From the NCBI GenBank assembly GCA_023135165.1, contig JAGLTS010000060.1, positions 166 to 64,165 of the forward strand: a DNA stretch of 64,000 bases. Direction: 5' to 3'. Origin of the DNA: Phycisphaerales bacterium (lineage in GTDB: Bacteria > Planctomycetota > Phycisphaerae > Phycisphaerales > JAGLTS01). Made by a program: the position numbers and the translations under genes. Shown piece by piece: positions 30,725 through 41,165 of the stretch. Under the pieces are notes generated by a model that did not search any database, was not told where the DNA came from, and saw only the letters and a program-made list of their open reading frames with translations. How positions within the stretch are numbered: the stretch's first letter is position 1; every line of letters starts with the position of its first letter.

Positions 30725-31393
30725 ATGACGGCACTGCTTTTCTTCCTGGAGCCCGAGCGTGTCTGCATCGCAATGGACACGTGCAGCCTCAGCATCGAGG
30801 ACGACGGGGAGCACCTGCCCGGACCCTTCTGTTCCAAAATGCTCCTCCTCCCGCACCTCCAGATCGTTGTTTGCGGGACCGGCATCCGGTCGCTCATTTA
30901 CTACTGGAGTGCCTTCCTGCAGCAGAACGCCGTAGCCCGAGACGTCACAGAGCTCGACAACATCGCCCGGGCTAAGCTCCCCGAACTCGCCGACGAGTGT
31001 GGCGTCACTGAGAGCCTCACGAGCACCATTTACCACTTCGGGTACTGGCCCGCTGAAAAGCGGATGCGCGGCTTCGCGTACCGGAGCGCCAACGGCTTCG
31101 AAACCGAGCAGCTGAAGAACCCGGGCTTCGGCATCAAGCCGCCCGATGGCATCGACCTGGAGCAGGCGCTCAACACGTGCACCGAGAAGGGCCTCCCGGC
31201 CGGCTTCGTCGAGGTGATGAAGCGCCAGAAAGCGTTCGACGACGCCCGGCCGCCGAAGGAGCAGGTCGGCATCGGCGGAGAGGTACAGTTTCTCGTGATG
31301 ACGGCGGAGGGCTATTCGCTTAGCACTTGCTATCGCTTCGACGACTACGACCGCCACTCCGAGGCGGTCCGTGCCATGACCGTGCCTCCGTGA
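30725..31393 (+). CDS. Proteasome-beta-like Ntn-hydrolase fold protein
   Basis: Thr follows the start Met. IAMDT, K..LLPH..IVVCGTG and IGGEVQFLVMT..G. AGGAG RBS; starts 12 nt after the pAgo stop. Confidence 0.65.
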   Translation: MTALLFFLEPERVCIAMDTCSLSIEDDGEHLPGPFCSKMLLLPHLQIVVCGTGIRSLIYYWSAFLQQNAVARDVTELDNIARAKLPELADECGVTESLTSTIYHFGYWPAEKRMRGFAYRSANGFETEQLKNPGFGIKPPDGIDLEQALNTCTEKGLPAGFVEVMKRQKAFDDARPPKEQVGIGGEVQFLVMTAEGYSLSTCYRFDDYDRHSEAVRAMTVPP

Positions 31394-31653
31394 GCAGCTT
31401 GAACGGGTCGGCCCACTCTCTGACTCGTCATGCACCTCAGGACGGGTCCGCAAACGCCGATACGACGAGGTCCCGTCGTCCAAGCGCTGTGAGGCGCTCG
31501 TGCATTAGGTTCCAAGCATCTATCCCAATGTCTATTCGCCCGGCGAACATGCGATGGAGCATGAGGACCTTCCAAATGAACAGAAGTTCGCCCGACTCAA
31601 GTGCAAATGTCAGAGCGGGGTCGAGCAAGTCCCGAGCGAGCTTGAAATCCCCG

Positions 31654-32028
31654 TCATCGATTGCATGCTGGATTGAGACGGCCCAGACGTCTGCCTTTGT
31701 ACTTGCCGCCGCTCCGGCGGCCGTCTGGCTCAGCCTTGGACGTGCGTTGGGAAGCAGGGCTCTTCTTTGCTCTCGGTCCGGCAGGTGAGCCAGGCAGGAT
31801 ACGATGCTCGCCGGGCGTGAGCTTCTCGTAGACATCCTTGTGCGTCTTGGCGAACTTGGCCGCATTGAAGAGCCCGTTGTTCTCCGGCTGCTTCTGCTTG
31901 ATGATGTCAGCCTGAATCGTGACGCCGAGGTGGTTCGCCTGGTCGACCGAGCTGCACGTGATCTGGGCGTAGGTGTCCGGGAGTGTCACCAACTCCTTGT
32001 GATTGACCTTGACGAGGAAGGGGATCAT
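31654..32028 (-). CDS. Hypothetical protein or gene fragment
   Basis: The first ~75 codons show strong GC3 bias and the rest degenerates. An overlapping frame (31437-31865) may hold another fragment. Confidence 0.3.
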   Translation of the reverse strand: MIPFLVKVNHKELVTLPDTYAQITCSSVDQANHLGVTIQADIIKQKQPENNGLFNAAKFAKTHKDVYEKLTPGEHRILPGSPAGPRAKKSPASQRTSKAEPDGRRSGGKYKGRRLGRLNPACNR

Positions 32029-32589
32029 GTGGGTGTACTTACGTGAGCAGGCGGCGAGGATGTCAAGCGTCCGGTGTGCTCGATGCCTTGGTCAACAGGC
32101 AGCAGCGACAGGTGGCTGGCGGGCCCCGCACCCACGGAGCGGTCACGGCACGGGCTGGGCACTATTCGCTACGACCCTGATCCACACGTACCTCAACGTG
32201 CTGTTGGTGCTCGAGAGAGGCTCCTTGCGGCCGACCTGGTTCGCGGAAAAGGAGCCCCCAGACGACCATTCCAAGCAAGATCAAGAGTCCCATGGCGAGG
32301 ATGAACAGCCGTATGTCACTCGGTGGAGAGTCTCTGCGGTCGCTCTGACATGCCCGACCCACGGCATCACACACTGTAGTGATTGGGTCGCGTAACCTAT
32401 TCGTCCAATTGCTCATGCTGTGATCTCCGGCCATCGGCTAATAGCGTTCGGTATGCCCCCTGTTGAAGCTCAGAAACAGTCATAAGGTATATGAATGAGT
32501 TCTATTTATATAAAGCTATCGGCTTCGAGTTGCAGGGTCGATCGGAAGCTGCCATGGCGAAGGCGCCGGTTGGTCAGGACGGCGAACCA

Positions 32590-32680
32590 GCTCTCGCCAG
32601 GTTAATCCAGGACGTGTACGTCGGTGTGTAGTGCACGTGGAAGTGAGGGTGGCGCGCGATCCAGCGTTTGACACGCCGGA
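32590..32680 (-). pseudogene. IS630-family transposase remnant
   Basis: VKRWIARHPHFHVHYTPTYTSWINL. Confidence 0.75.
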
Positions 32681-33162
32681 TGGAGTTTCTGCCATGGAGA
32701 GGTGGCTGGACACAGTCGCCGCGGCGGCAGGGCCAAGGGCGTGAGGCTTGTGCGGGACGAGTCTCCAGAACGATAGCCGTCCGTCGAAACAACCGAGACG
32801 AGGCTCAGGTGGGCAGCGCGGACTGAGCGCACGCTCCCAAGGCTATTATATGTACGCGGCGCGCGAATTCGTCCGGACAAGTGGCGGCAAAGGCAAGAAG
32901 CCCCTGATTGGGGGGTGTTGTCGAAGCGGGCTACGGCGGCACCCAGAAGACGTTCTCGACGGCGCATTCGTCGCGGGTCTCGAGGAGCTGTTCGGTCTGG
33001 TTGCCCTCGAACGTCGTCACGCCCGCAGATGCCTGCAACTGCTACCGACACTGCGGATACCCGCTACATGTCAACTGGAAGTGCCCGGTTGCCCCGCCAG
33101 CATGGGGGTTTACGAACAGCAAGGCCGCATCGTATACCGCGGTGCGGGGTGTTACAGCCCCC

Positions 33163-34230
33163 TCACTGATCCGCCACGCTTTCTGGTCTCTCCGAGTCCA
33201 GCGTCGTTCGAAGGCCCGCGGCGAGTTTCTCGACCAGCTCGCTCAGGCGGAGTACGTCCAGATCGCGCACGACCAGGCGCTGCCCTGGGCGAAACCGACG
33301 ATCTCCCGATTTCGCAATGTACGCTTCGTCAAGGATCCCTTGCTTGTGCCCAAGAACATGCCGCTGCTGCACGAAGCGAGCCAACTCCCCGAGTTCACTC
33401 TCTGAGAGGAACGAGTCATAGCCCCTCCCCGTCGCGGCCTTCCAGAGTGCCGAAGCATCTCCGATGCGTTGGAACACGTTTTTCTGTCGCGGGTGCTCCT
33501 CTTCGTTGGGCAGCTGCTCGAATAGAGCCTCGCACACTCGCTCGAAGGCCCCAACTACCCGCCCGAACTGGTCCTCAAGCAGTTGACGCACAGTGTCTTC
33601 TGCGACATCTGCATTATGCAGCTCGGTGAGCGTTTGCCTGAGTGCCCCAACGGATGCGACGAAGTTCCGGACCGTTTCGATCGTCGATGCGAATGCCGAC
33701 TCGGCCGAGTTGTGACCGCAGGCCGGACAGAAAAAAGACGCCCCAAGCGATGACCAGCGGCACTCGCAACGCTCGCAGTTGAACTCTTGGCGCAAGGCCT
33801 CTGCCGCCGCTGGGGGGACAGGAACCGGCCGACGGTCCGGCCGGTAGCTCATGGACATCGAAAAGTTGCTTAGTCCATCCCTTGGCTGTAACCGTTGTTG
33901 CCGATTGAACTTGCGAGCGTCGCTCCCCAGGGACTCGTCCAACATCCGTGAGATGTGGGCGATACCGGCAGCCTCGATGTGCTCCACCTGGCTCGGGGTG
34001 TTCCACTCTGTTGTCTCTTCCACGTGGCCGCAGAATGGGCAGTATGCTCGTTCGTCGGAGACTTTGTCTCGCCAGTCCTCGAAGACCACCTTGAAATCGC
34101 GCCCACAGGCTTTGCTTGGGCAACGACGGTCCATGCAGCTGTGTTCATCGAGCGGCAGCTCAACCGAAACGCGGATGCCGCGCTCAAGCCGTTTCAATTC
34201 TCGGAGCGTTTTGTCGAACATGTCAATCAT
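33163..34230 (-). CDS. Zinc-ribbon plus HEPN-like protein
   Basis: CPSKAC, CPFC, CERC and CPAC pairs; NVFQR; Rx4H motif RHVLGH. Confidence 0.75.
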   Translation of the reverse strand: MIDMFDKTLRELKRLERGIRVSVELPLDEHSCMDRRCPSKACGRDFKVVFEDWRDKVSDERAYCPFCGHVEETTEWNTPSQVEHIEAAGIAHISRMLDESLGSDARKFNRQQRLQPRDGLSNFSMSMSYRPDRRPVPVPPAAAEALRQEFNCERCECRWSSLGASFFCPACGHNSAESAFASTIETVRNFVASVGALRQTLTELHNADVAEDTVRQLLEDQFGRVVGAFERVCEALFEQLPNEEEHPRQKNVFQRIGDASALWKAATGRGYDSFLSESELGELARFVQQRHVLGHKQGILDEAYIAKSGDRRFRPGQRLVVRDLDVLRLSELVEKLAAGLRTTLDSERPESVADQ

Positions 34231-34602
34231 CCGTGCGTTGCAGGAGCCCTATATCTCCCAGAAGATGTTCCCGTCATTTCGCGTTGTAACCACCTTGCGG
34301 AGCTCGCGGCCCCCCGCCGTCCTGAACCACTCTCCAGTCGCATGCTGCGCGTAAGTGCTGGCTCCATCCAGTGGCCCAATGGGAGCACGCAAACCAAACG
34401 CAATCTGTTCCAATGCCGGGACAGCGAACTTACTGTTGGATACCGGATTCTACGTGCTGTGAAACGATTCTCCGCGAAGGAAGAGCGGCGTCGCATCGTA
34501 GCGGCCGTGTTCGCCCCCTCTTGTGTCAAGGCGAACCGTGTAGGCTTCGAGAGTCACCTCAACTACCTCCCGAGTCCCCAATGCTCCGCCGTGACCGTCG
34601 CA

Positions 34603-35040
34603 CTAGGTAGCATCGCTCGGCTCAAGGTAGTCACGGCACCTTGCCCGCACTCTCTCCAGTGCCTTCGTCGCCTCCTCGCGCCGCGCCGCGGCCCACTCCC
34701 CGTCTTCGGCGGTCTCGCGCGGCAGCGCCAACTCAAGGTCACAAATAACCCCGTCGATCATCGCCCGAGCCTTACACACCCAGCTGGCACTCACGTGCGA
34801 GATGACCGGTCTCATCGCCCCCGCGTCTTGGCGCACTTGTATCGCCGCATCCAGCAAGTAGCCCACCGCCTCCTCGCGATATAGGCTCGTGCCATCCTTG
34901 GCGAGTCGAGCGACCTCCCTCATCAACTGCCGTCGCTCAGCGTCCTCCTTCCTCCGCATTCGTCTGTAGTCCGTCAGCCAACCCGTCACGAAGCCAACTA
35001 TGCCCGTGATCACATACGACACCACGTTCCATCCGTTCAT
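34603..35040 (-). CDS. Small protein with an N-terminal TM helix
   Basis: MNGWNVVSYVITGIVGFVTGWLT followed by charged helices. Starts 13 nt after the NTPase stop. Confidence 0.65.
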   Translation of the reverse strand: MNGWNVVSYVITGIVGFVTGWLTDYRRMRRKEDAERRQLMREVARLAKDGTSLYREEAVGYLLDAAIQVRQDAGAMRPVISHVSASWVCKARAMIDGVICDLELALPRETAEDGEWAAARREEATKALERVRARCRDYLEPSDAT

Positions 35041-35053
35041 GCCACCCACTCTT

Positions 35054-37258
35054 TCATGAAGGAAGCCCCCCTTTGATGTCCTTGACACCCTCCCTTACTC
35101 GAGGTATGGAGAAATCACGCCAGTTCACCAACTCGGCATAGGCCGCACCTTGAAGTTCCACTCCCACTCCGTCAAGCCGCCGAGCGTCGAGAATCCTCTG
35201 CGCACTTCTCCATGCGGCAAACATAATATCAGCCGAGAACATCGACCTCCCGTATACGTGCGTGTACTGCGCCCCGCACGAACGTAACAGCGCGTGCCCG
35301 ACCTCCAGTTTGTCCTGGTCGAAAAGGGCATCCAAGAAGTGCCTTACATCCGCCATCCGCCTCGCGACGTCGCCCTCGTCGCTTAGCGAAAGCCCCACGT
35401 CACTGCTCGGGATCATCTCCTGGATATAGTCGATGTTCTGTGCCAGACTATCAGCACAAAACCGCCCAATGGCACTGATACATAATAGCGCGTTCATTTG
35501 CGGTTGTATTGGGGTTGCTACCACTCGTACGGTGTCACAGCAGATAAGCCGCCGGGCATCGGCCAACATATGGTTCAATGCGTGCACTATCGTGCGCTCG
35601 CGATAACCGAAACACGACAGCCATGATAGCAGCTCGCGCAGCTGGATCGGCTCTCTGCCCGCTTGTTTCAAATAATGCAATATCCTCAACTTACATGTGA
35701 GACTGCCAGCCTGAGCACAGGCGGTGCTGAACAAATTGTCAAAGATGCGCCGCTCGTTTGGACGAAAATGCTGGTGATTCTGCAACAGCATCGCTCGCAC
35801 CGCCGCGCGATGCGGCAGTGCTTCGGCCACCCCTTCATCGGGTGCCGGCAATAGATCGTATAGGGTGCCCTCAGCCAGAATCTGCCTTGGCTTGCGCCCT
35901 GCAATGCCCAGGGTCTTCTCAAGGCGCACAACGTTAGCCGGCCCACGGACCACCTTGTCGTATAGGAGCATACCAGTGCGCAAGCTGCCCCCCGCAACCC
36001 CGGCAAGAACGTCACGTGTCCGTCCCGGTTCAAAGAGCGTGTCTCTAGTTGCCGTGAGCCAACGACGTACGCATGACAATGGAATCGCCTTGTGTCCAAT
36101 TGCAAGAGCCGGCTCGTGAGTATCAGGCGCGGTGATGATCCGTCGTAGTCCACCATGCTTCTGGTCGTGTGATGAGAAGCAGCGATTAAGACGGGTAGAG
36201 AGTTCTGCATCCGTCAGGCCGAGGATGTGATTATTAAGGCGACTGCGCAAGAGATGTTCGAGCGACGGCCCGCAATGCTCGACATAGAAAAACACAGTAG
36301 TGCCCGCTCCGCCCTGAAGAGTAGCATAAGAAGAGGTGTACGTGAGCGGCCGCATGGCGATAATGACTTTACAGCGGGCGTTTGTGGTAATCCAGGTCGC
36401 TATGTCTAAGGCAGTCGTATGGAAAGCCCACGGAAGCGGATCGAGATTGTCAAATACAAAAACTACGGACCGAGAGTCGCCACTGTAATGATGAGATACG
36501 AAATAATCGAGACAGAGGATGTAGTACAACAGGCGATCCTCGACGAGCACAGCCGATAGAAATCGGCGTATTGTTGCAACTCGGACATCCAGGGGCACAG
36601 CAACAACGTCTGCGCTGGCATCGGGGGGCAGGTGGTCCCACACGCGCTGCATGATTGCTGCTGCCGGATGGGCACCAAGCTCGGGCCGAACAGAGTTTGC
36701 CCAGTCCCACATCCGTGTGGCCTGCGTGCGCAGCGGGAGTTTGTCCTCGTGAGTCACGAAGCGCGAAATTTCATCACAGAGGCGGCGTTGGAAACCGAGC
36801 GTATCAAGCGGCGCTGCGATCTGCCAGGTCTGTTCGTCGGGTGTGGGCGCCGGTGACGGCGATGGTGGCTGAGCAGCATGGAAATCTACGTACGCCACCT
36901 GGGCCCGCTGTTTCAGATACTGGTTGATCAGATAGCGAAGTGTCGTCGTCTTACCACAGCCGAGGGGGCCAACCAATGCAAGGAGACATGTATCGGGGTC
37001 ATCGAATGCGAATTGCAGGATCTCGCTCTCTGCGGGTCCTAGATCGGCGCGGGCTTCTCCTGACGCTTGGTACCTGGGGCACGCGTCTAACAGCGCGCAG
37101 CGTGTATGCAGGCGAGTGCTTTGGATGTAGTCGAAGTCAGAGATATCTTGGACGGCGGGGGGGGCGAACGACAGGATGTGTTGGACAAGATACGGGGCAA
37201 TCGCATCGTACACGGCGTTGTCGCAGACTGGCGTTTCGGAATCAGCTACTGCCGCCAT
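35054..37258 (-). CDS. P-loop NTPase (734 aa, STAND/KAP-like)
   Basis: Walker A GPLGCGKTT, Walker B VVFVFDNLD and IIAMRP. GAGGTG RBS. Confidence 0.8.
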   Translation of the reverse strand: MAAVADSETPVCDNAVYDAIAPYLVQHILSFAPPAVQDISDFDYIQSTRLHTRCALLDACPRYQASGEARADLGPAESEILQFAFDDPDTCLLALVGPLGCGKTTTLRYLINQYLKQRAQVAYVDFHAAQPPSPSPAPTPDEQTWQIAAPLDTLGFQRRLCDEISRFVTHEDKLPLRTQATRMWDWANSVRPELGAHPAAAIMQRVWDHLPPDASADVVAVPLDVRVATIRRFLSAVLVEDRLLYYILCLDYFVSHHYSGDSRSVVFVFDNLDPLPWAFHTTALDIATWITTNARCKVIIAMRPLTYTSSYATLQGGAGTTVFFYVEHCGPSLEHLLRSRLNNHILGLTDAELSTRLNRCFSSHDQKHGGLRRIITAPDTHEPALAIGHKAIPLSCVRRWLTATRDTLFEPGRTRDVLAGVAGGSLRTGMLLYDKVVRGPANVVRLEKTLGIAGRKPRQILAEGTLYDLLPAPDEGVAEALPHRAAVRAMLLQNHQHFRPNERRIFDNLFSTACAQAGSLTCKLRILHYLKQAGREPIQLRELLSWLSCFGYRERTIVHALNHMLADARRLICCDTVRVVATPIQPQMNALLCISAIGRFCADSLAQNIDYIQEMIPSSDVGLSLSDEGDVARRMADVRHFLDALFDQDKLEVGHALLRSCGAQYTHVYGRSMFSADIMFAAWRSAQRILDARRLDGVGVELQGAAYAELVNWRDFSIPRVREGVKDIKGGLPS

Positions 37259-37894
37259 TGGCGCACCTCGCCAGTAGGGTATCTGTTTTCAGTGTCCGTT
37301 GCTCAGGAAGGAGCGGCACCAGGGCAATCGCATTCTCATGGGCTTCAGCCTTTCCGAGGTTATTGATGCTCGCTGGCGCATCAGAAACGGCGGTCGAAAT
37401 TGCGATTGCCTTGGGAGCGGCACCAGACATGGCAGGCTGTGAGCGCGGCCGTCGGGGGTGTCCGAGAACGTCCTTGGGCGACAGTGGTCCTGCTCGCCGT
37501 CTCGGAGTGCGGCCGTGGGCGTCGGTGCCGTGCGGTGCGGGACGGGAGACTGTGTGCAGACGGCGAGTCGTGAACGGCTGACCGGGTTGCCTAGGATGTT
37601 ATCGGGCCGGTGCATCCGAGGTCCGGATGAATGCTGAAGCGAGCCCTGAATTGAGTAGTCGGCCCTGACGAGCGGCTGTGCGCCTCAGAGAGTGTTCCTC
37701 CTGAGTGCTGCGCTTGCCTTGTTGGAGGCCTACGGCGCCCGGGAGCTAGTTGACGATCCGCCTGCAACTGCCTGCTCGCCAGAGGCGAGCGGCCACAATC
37801 GCGGTTTGGAGAACTGGGTGAACGGGGTGTCGCGAGTCGTTCCCACCGGGACGCGGTCGCATTTGCCGGTTGATCGACTCGTCAATGTCTCCAG

Positions 37895-38282
37895 AGCATT
37901 CTCAATCCAGAAGTAGCGAGTAGCCACAGTGGCGGAAGCAGTTGATGGCGTCGCTCGACGTCACCGTATCGAGAACCGATTGCATTGCGTGCCATCAGCG
38001 TCCCAGGTGTCGAACAGATCCCACACGGTCGCCCACGGACCGAAGTCATCGGGCAGATCACGCCAGGGCGAACCGGTCCGCAGGATCCACAAGATGCCGT
38101 CCACGATCTGGCGTCGATCACGAGGCGGCCGCCCCGTGCGCTTGGGCTTGGGAAGCAGGTCGGCAATCAACTCCCATTGCTCATCCGTGAGCGATATCGA
38201 ATCATGACGACTCCTTTCGTCAAGAGAATCGTCATTATATCGACGATCCGATCACAAGGAATACATTTTTCCGACAGAGCCC
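37895..38282 (-). mobile_element. Chimeric IS remnant: IS5-family left end and N-terminus joined to an IS630-type C-terminus
   Basis: GGCTCTGTCGG end and LTDEQWELIADLLP..GRPPRD.RQIVDGILWILRTGSPWRDLP, then LDTVTSSDAINCFRHCGY in another frame. Confidence 0.7.
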
Positions 38283-38412
38283 AGTTGAATTGCAGGAGCG
38301 TCGATCGCATCTTCCGCTGTTCGAAGTTGATTGCGCCCGACACGACGCAAATCCACTCGAAATCAATGACCTAAGATCTGGAGTCGTATGGATCGACGCG
38401 CGAAAGACCCCG

Positions 38413-38922
38413 CTATCGGGAGCACGAGAAACCGAGCAAGGGGCTCATTCGCTGGTACCAGCGCCCTTCTCCTCGCAGGGTGACGAGACCCAGCTGAAGC
38501 GCGGTGCACTTTGAAGCGTAGCAGCAAATGCCGAACTGCACCACATGGCTCAATGCACCCGCTTTTCGAAGGGACGGTCTAACTCCCAGATCGGCGATTC
38601 GGCCGCCGGCGATATTGATGAGGCCTATCTGAGTTGAGCGGCTGCCGTGGCCAGCTACGTTTCCGAGACCAACTTGGATCCCACTGGCGTAATCATACAT
38701 GTCGTTCATGATGCCGATCTGATAGGACCGATCTCCCCTTCCTGTGTTTACGAATCCGAGTCTTAGCGGAGGCGGCGAGCGCCTTCCGTATGCCGGTGTC
38801 ACGAGGTTGACGCCCTTGATCGGGCTGCTAGTCTGGCCCGCCACTCTAAGTTTCTGGTGCGAAAGAGCTTCTGTTCCACACCTGCGTGCGCTCATTGCGA
38901 CCTCTTCGAGTTTGGGATTCAT
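38413..38922 (-). CDS. Gly-rich beta-repeat (QxGxxN) surface protein, possibly partial
   Basis: QIGIMN, GIQVGLGN, QIGLIN and LQLGL repeats. Confidence 0.5.
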   Translation of the reverse strand: MNPKLEEVAMSARRCGTEALSHQKLRVAGQTSSPIKGVNLVTPAYGRRSPPPLRLGFVNTGRGDRSYQIGIMNDMYDYASGIQVGLGNVAGHGSRSTQIGLINIAGGRIADLGVRPSLRKAGALSHVVQFGICCYASKCTALQLGLVTLRGEGRWYQRMSPLLGFSCSR

Positions 38923-39281
38923 CCACCTGGGGGGACAGCGTTGTTCTTATATCTTTCGGTCTGGCCCCGCCGGTAGACTGCAGTTAATAGGGTAATCGGC
39001 AACTCGCGAACGCGGACGCGGGGTGAAGCCGTTGTGGTGAGGGGTCGCACCCCTCGTCCTTCCCGTCCTGCGGCCCTCGCCACCCACGAATCCCCCAGGA
39101 CGACCTTGCTCTATGACCGGACGGCCAGCCGTAAGTGGCTGGCCTTCCACGCGTTAGCGAATCGCGGGGGTAGGATTCGAATCCGCGACCTCCGGGTTAT
39201 GCGCACGCCGGACAAGCGAACCGATTCACCTCCCAAACAAACCAGTGGAAAGCATATTTATGGGTACGCCCTGGTATATGC

Positions 39282-39857
39282 ATGGATACTGAAAGTACTC
39301 TCTCATGGCTTGAAGGAAGCGAGGTCCGCCGCACGATTCTGAGTCAGCTCACGCAGCCGATGACAGCCCGGCAGCTGTGTCGCCGCACGGGCGTGCTCCT
39401 CGATCGGGGCTGCCGAGCACTGTGGGAGCTCGCCGTCTACATGCTGGTCTCCTGTCTGAACGTAAGCGCCCGTAGAGGAAGAGTGTACTGGTTGACAGAT
39501 GCCGGCACAGAGTGCCAGCGGATGCTGCGCGAGCACGGGGGCCTACGTCCGGTCGAGCACGTATTCCCCGAGGTTGACTGGCACCTCTACGGGTGGGTCT
39601 GCTTCAGGCATCGGACGACCATCATCAGAGCACTCGTGAGCCCCATGTATCCGGCCGAGATCAAGCGAAAAGCACTGTCACAGGATCCAGAGCTGCGCAT
39701 CAGCACCAACAATGTGCGTGATGTGATTCGACTGTTTCTGGCGAGGGGAATCGTCGCTCCTGTCCGGATTAGAGGAAGGACGCACCCACGCTACGAACTC
39801 ACCGATCTGGGATCGAAGCTGCAGATTCTCCTGAATCAGGCGGAGGTGCGACAATGA
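39282..39857 (+). CDS. Tandem winged-helix DNA-binding protein
   Basis: Two similar units, ending VYWLTDAG and RYELTDLG. Confidence 0.7.
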   Translation: MDTESTLSWLEGSEVRRTILSQLTQPMTARQLCRRTGVLLDRGCRALWELAVYMLVSCLNVSARRGRVYWLTDAGTECQRMLREHGGLRPVEHVFPEVDWHLYGWVCFRHRTTIIRALVSPMYPAEIKRKALSQDPELRISTNNVRDVIRLFLARGIVAPVRIRGRTHPRYELTDLGSKLQILLNQAEVRQ

Positions 39858-39984
39858 AACAGGAGCCTCAGCGCGGACCTCTTGACTGCCAGCAAGGGTC
39901 GCTACAGCACTTCTACTTATCACCAGACATCCCCTACCAGGGGATGCAGCGAGCACGAGGGCTTGCCGCCCGTCGTGGGGATCC

Positions 39985-40761
39985 ATGCTGACCGTCAACC
40001 GCATCCATCGAGGGGATGCGATCGAGGGCCTGAGCAAGCTGGAGGATGAATCCGTGGATCTCGTGGTGACGGACCCTCCCTACAACATCGCCGACTCGAA
40101 CAAGAAGACCATTCGCAATGGCGAGGTGATGACCACCAAGAAGGCCTGGGGAAGTTGGGACTCACGTCATCCCTTCGACCACGACCTCCTGATCATGAAG
40201 GTCATCAGCGAGTGCTACCGCGTGCTCAAGCCCGGTGGCGCCCTCTACATGTTCACAGCCCGCCAGGACAACGGCTTCTTCGTCCGCCACGCTCTCGCGA
40301 GGGGGTTCACCTACCGCACCCAGCTTGTCATGATCAAGACCCCTGCGCTTCCCAGCATCTACAAGAATGCCTGGAGGAGTGCATTCGAAGTCTGCATGTT
40401 CCTCACCAAGGGACGGCTTGGCACCTTCAACTTCCTCTCGCAGCAGCAGCTTGTCAACGTTTTCCACTACACGATCCGGCATCGGGCCACCTCACACCCG
40501 ACCGAGAAACCGCTCGTCTTCATTGAACGTCTGGTGCAGGTAAGCTCGAATCCTGGGGATCTGGTTCTCGATCCGTTCATGGGATCAGGGACAACCGCTG
40601 TAGCCTGCAAGCGATTCGGACGTCGATTTGTCGGCTTTGAGCTCAACCGGGACTATCTGAAGATGGCCAACCAGCGTCTCCGCCAAACTCCCGATCATCC
40701 AGAATCTGCAAAGGAGGGAGAGAGCGAGGACGATGGGCCTGAGGGATCGGGATCCACGTGA
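39985..40761 (+). CDS. DNA N4-C/N6-A methyltransferase, beta class
   Basis: TDPPY precedes HPTEKP and VLDPFMGSGTT. Confidence 0.93.
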   Translation: MLTVNRIHRGDAIEGLSKLEDESVDLVVTDPPYNIADSNKKTIRNGEVMTTKKAWGSWDSRHPFDHDLLIMKVISECYRVLKPGGALYMFTARQDNGFFVRHALARGFTYRTQLVMIKTPALPSIYKNAWRSAFEVCMFLTKGRLGTFNFLSQQQLVNVFHYTIRHRATSHPTEKPLVFIERLVQVSSNPGDLVLDPFMGSGTTAVACKRFGRRFVGFELNRDYLKMANQRLRQTPDHPESAKEGESEDDGPEGSGST

Positions 40762-41164
40762 CGGAGGCCACGGCGTCAGGTTCGCTGCGTCGCTGGAGGA
40801 GCGAGCCAGGAGGCTTCTCAGAGACCGACGCTTCAGCGACGTTGACGCTCCATTGCTACCCATCATTCGGCACGACATCCAGCTGACCCTGGATCATGTC
40901 AATGGCCTGAGAGGTCTGCAGCGGGAACAGCTGCGGAGCATTCTTCGCATCGAGTGTTACACAGATACAGAGCTCATGAACACCGATCCTAAGCCCTCAC
41001 AGTATTTCTTCACGCGGCGGCCGGATCGCGAGAAGCTCCGCGAGCGTCTGGCCAGGTTGGAGCAGGAACGTCGAAGGCTATCGCTGTCGATGGTGGAACG
41101 CATTCAGACGCTTCATGATCGCTTGCTGATCCTGCTCAATCGCCACGCTCAGTTGACTGGCTAG
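40733..41164 (+). CDS. Coiled-coil hypothetical protein
   Basis: Overlaps the MTase end and stops 1 nt before the ATPase start. Confidence 0.65.
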   Translation: MGLRDRDPRDGGHGVRFAASLEERARRLLRDRRFSDVDAPLLPIIRHDIQLTLDHVNGLRGLQREQLRSILRIECYTDTELMNTDPKPSQYFFTRRPDREKLRERLARLEQERRRLSLSMVERIQTLHDRLLILLNRHAQLTG

Positions 41165-41165
41165 G

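Noticed and set aside
39985..40761. Classical type II restriction-modification pair
   Set aside because: No stand-alone restriction endonuclease is adjacent; the only nuclease-like domain is fused to the ATPase.
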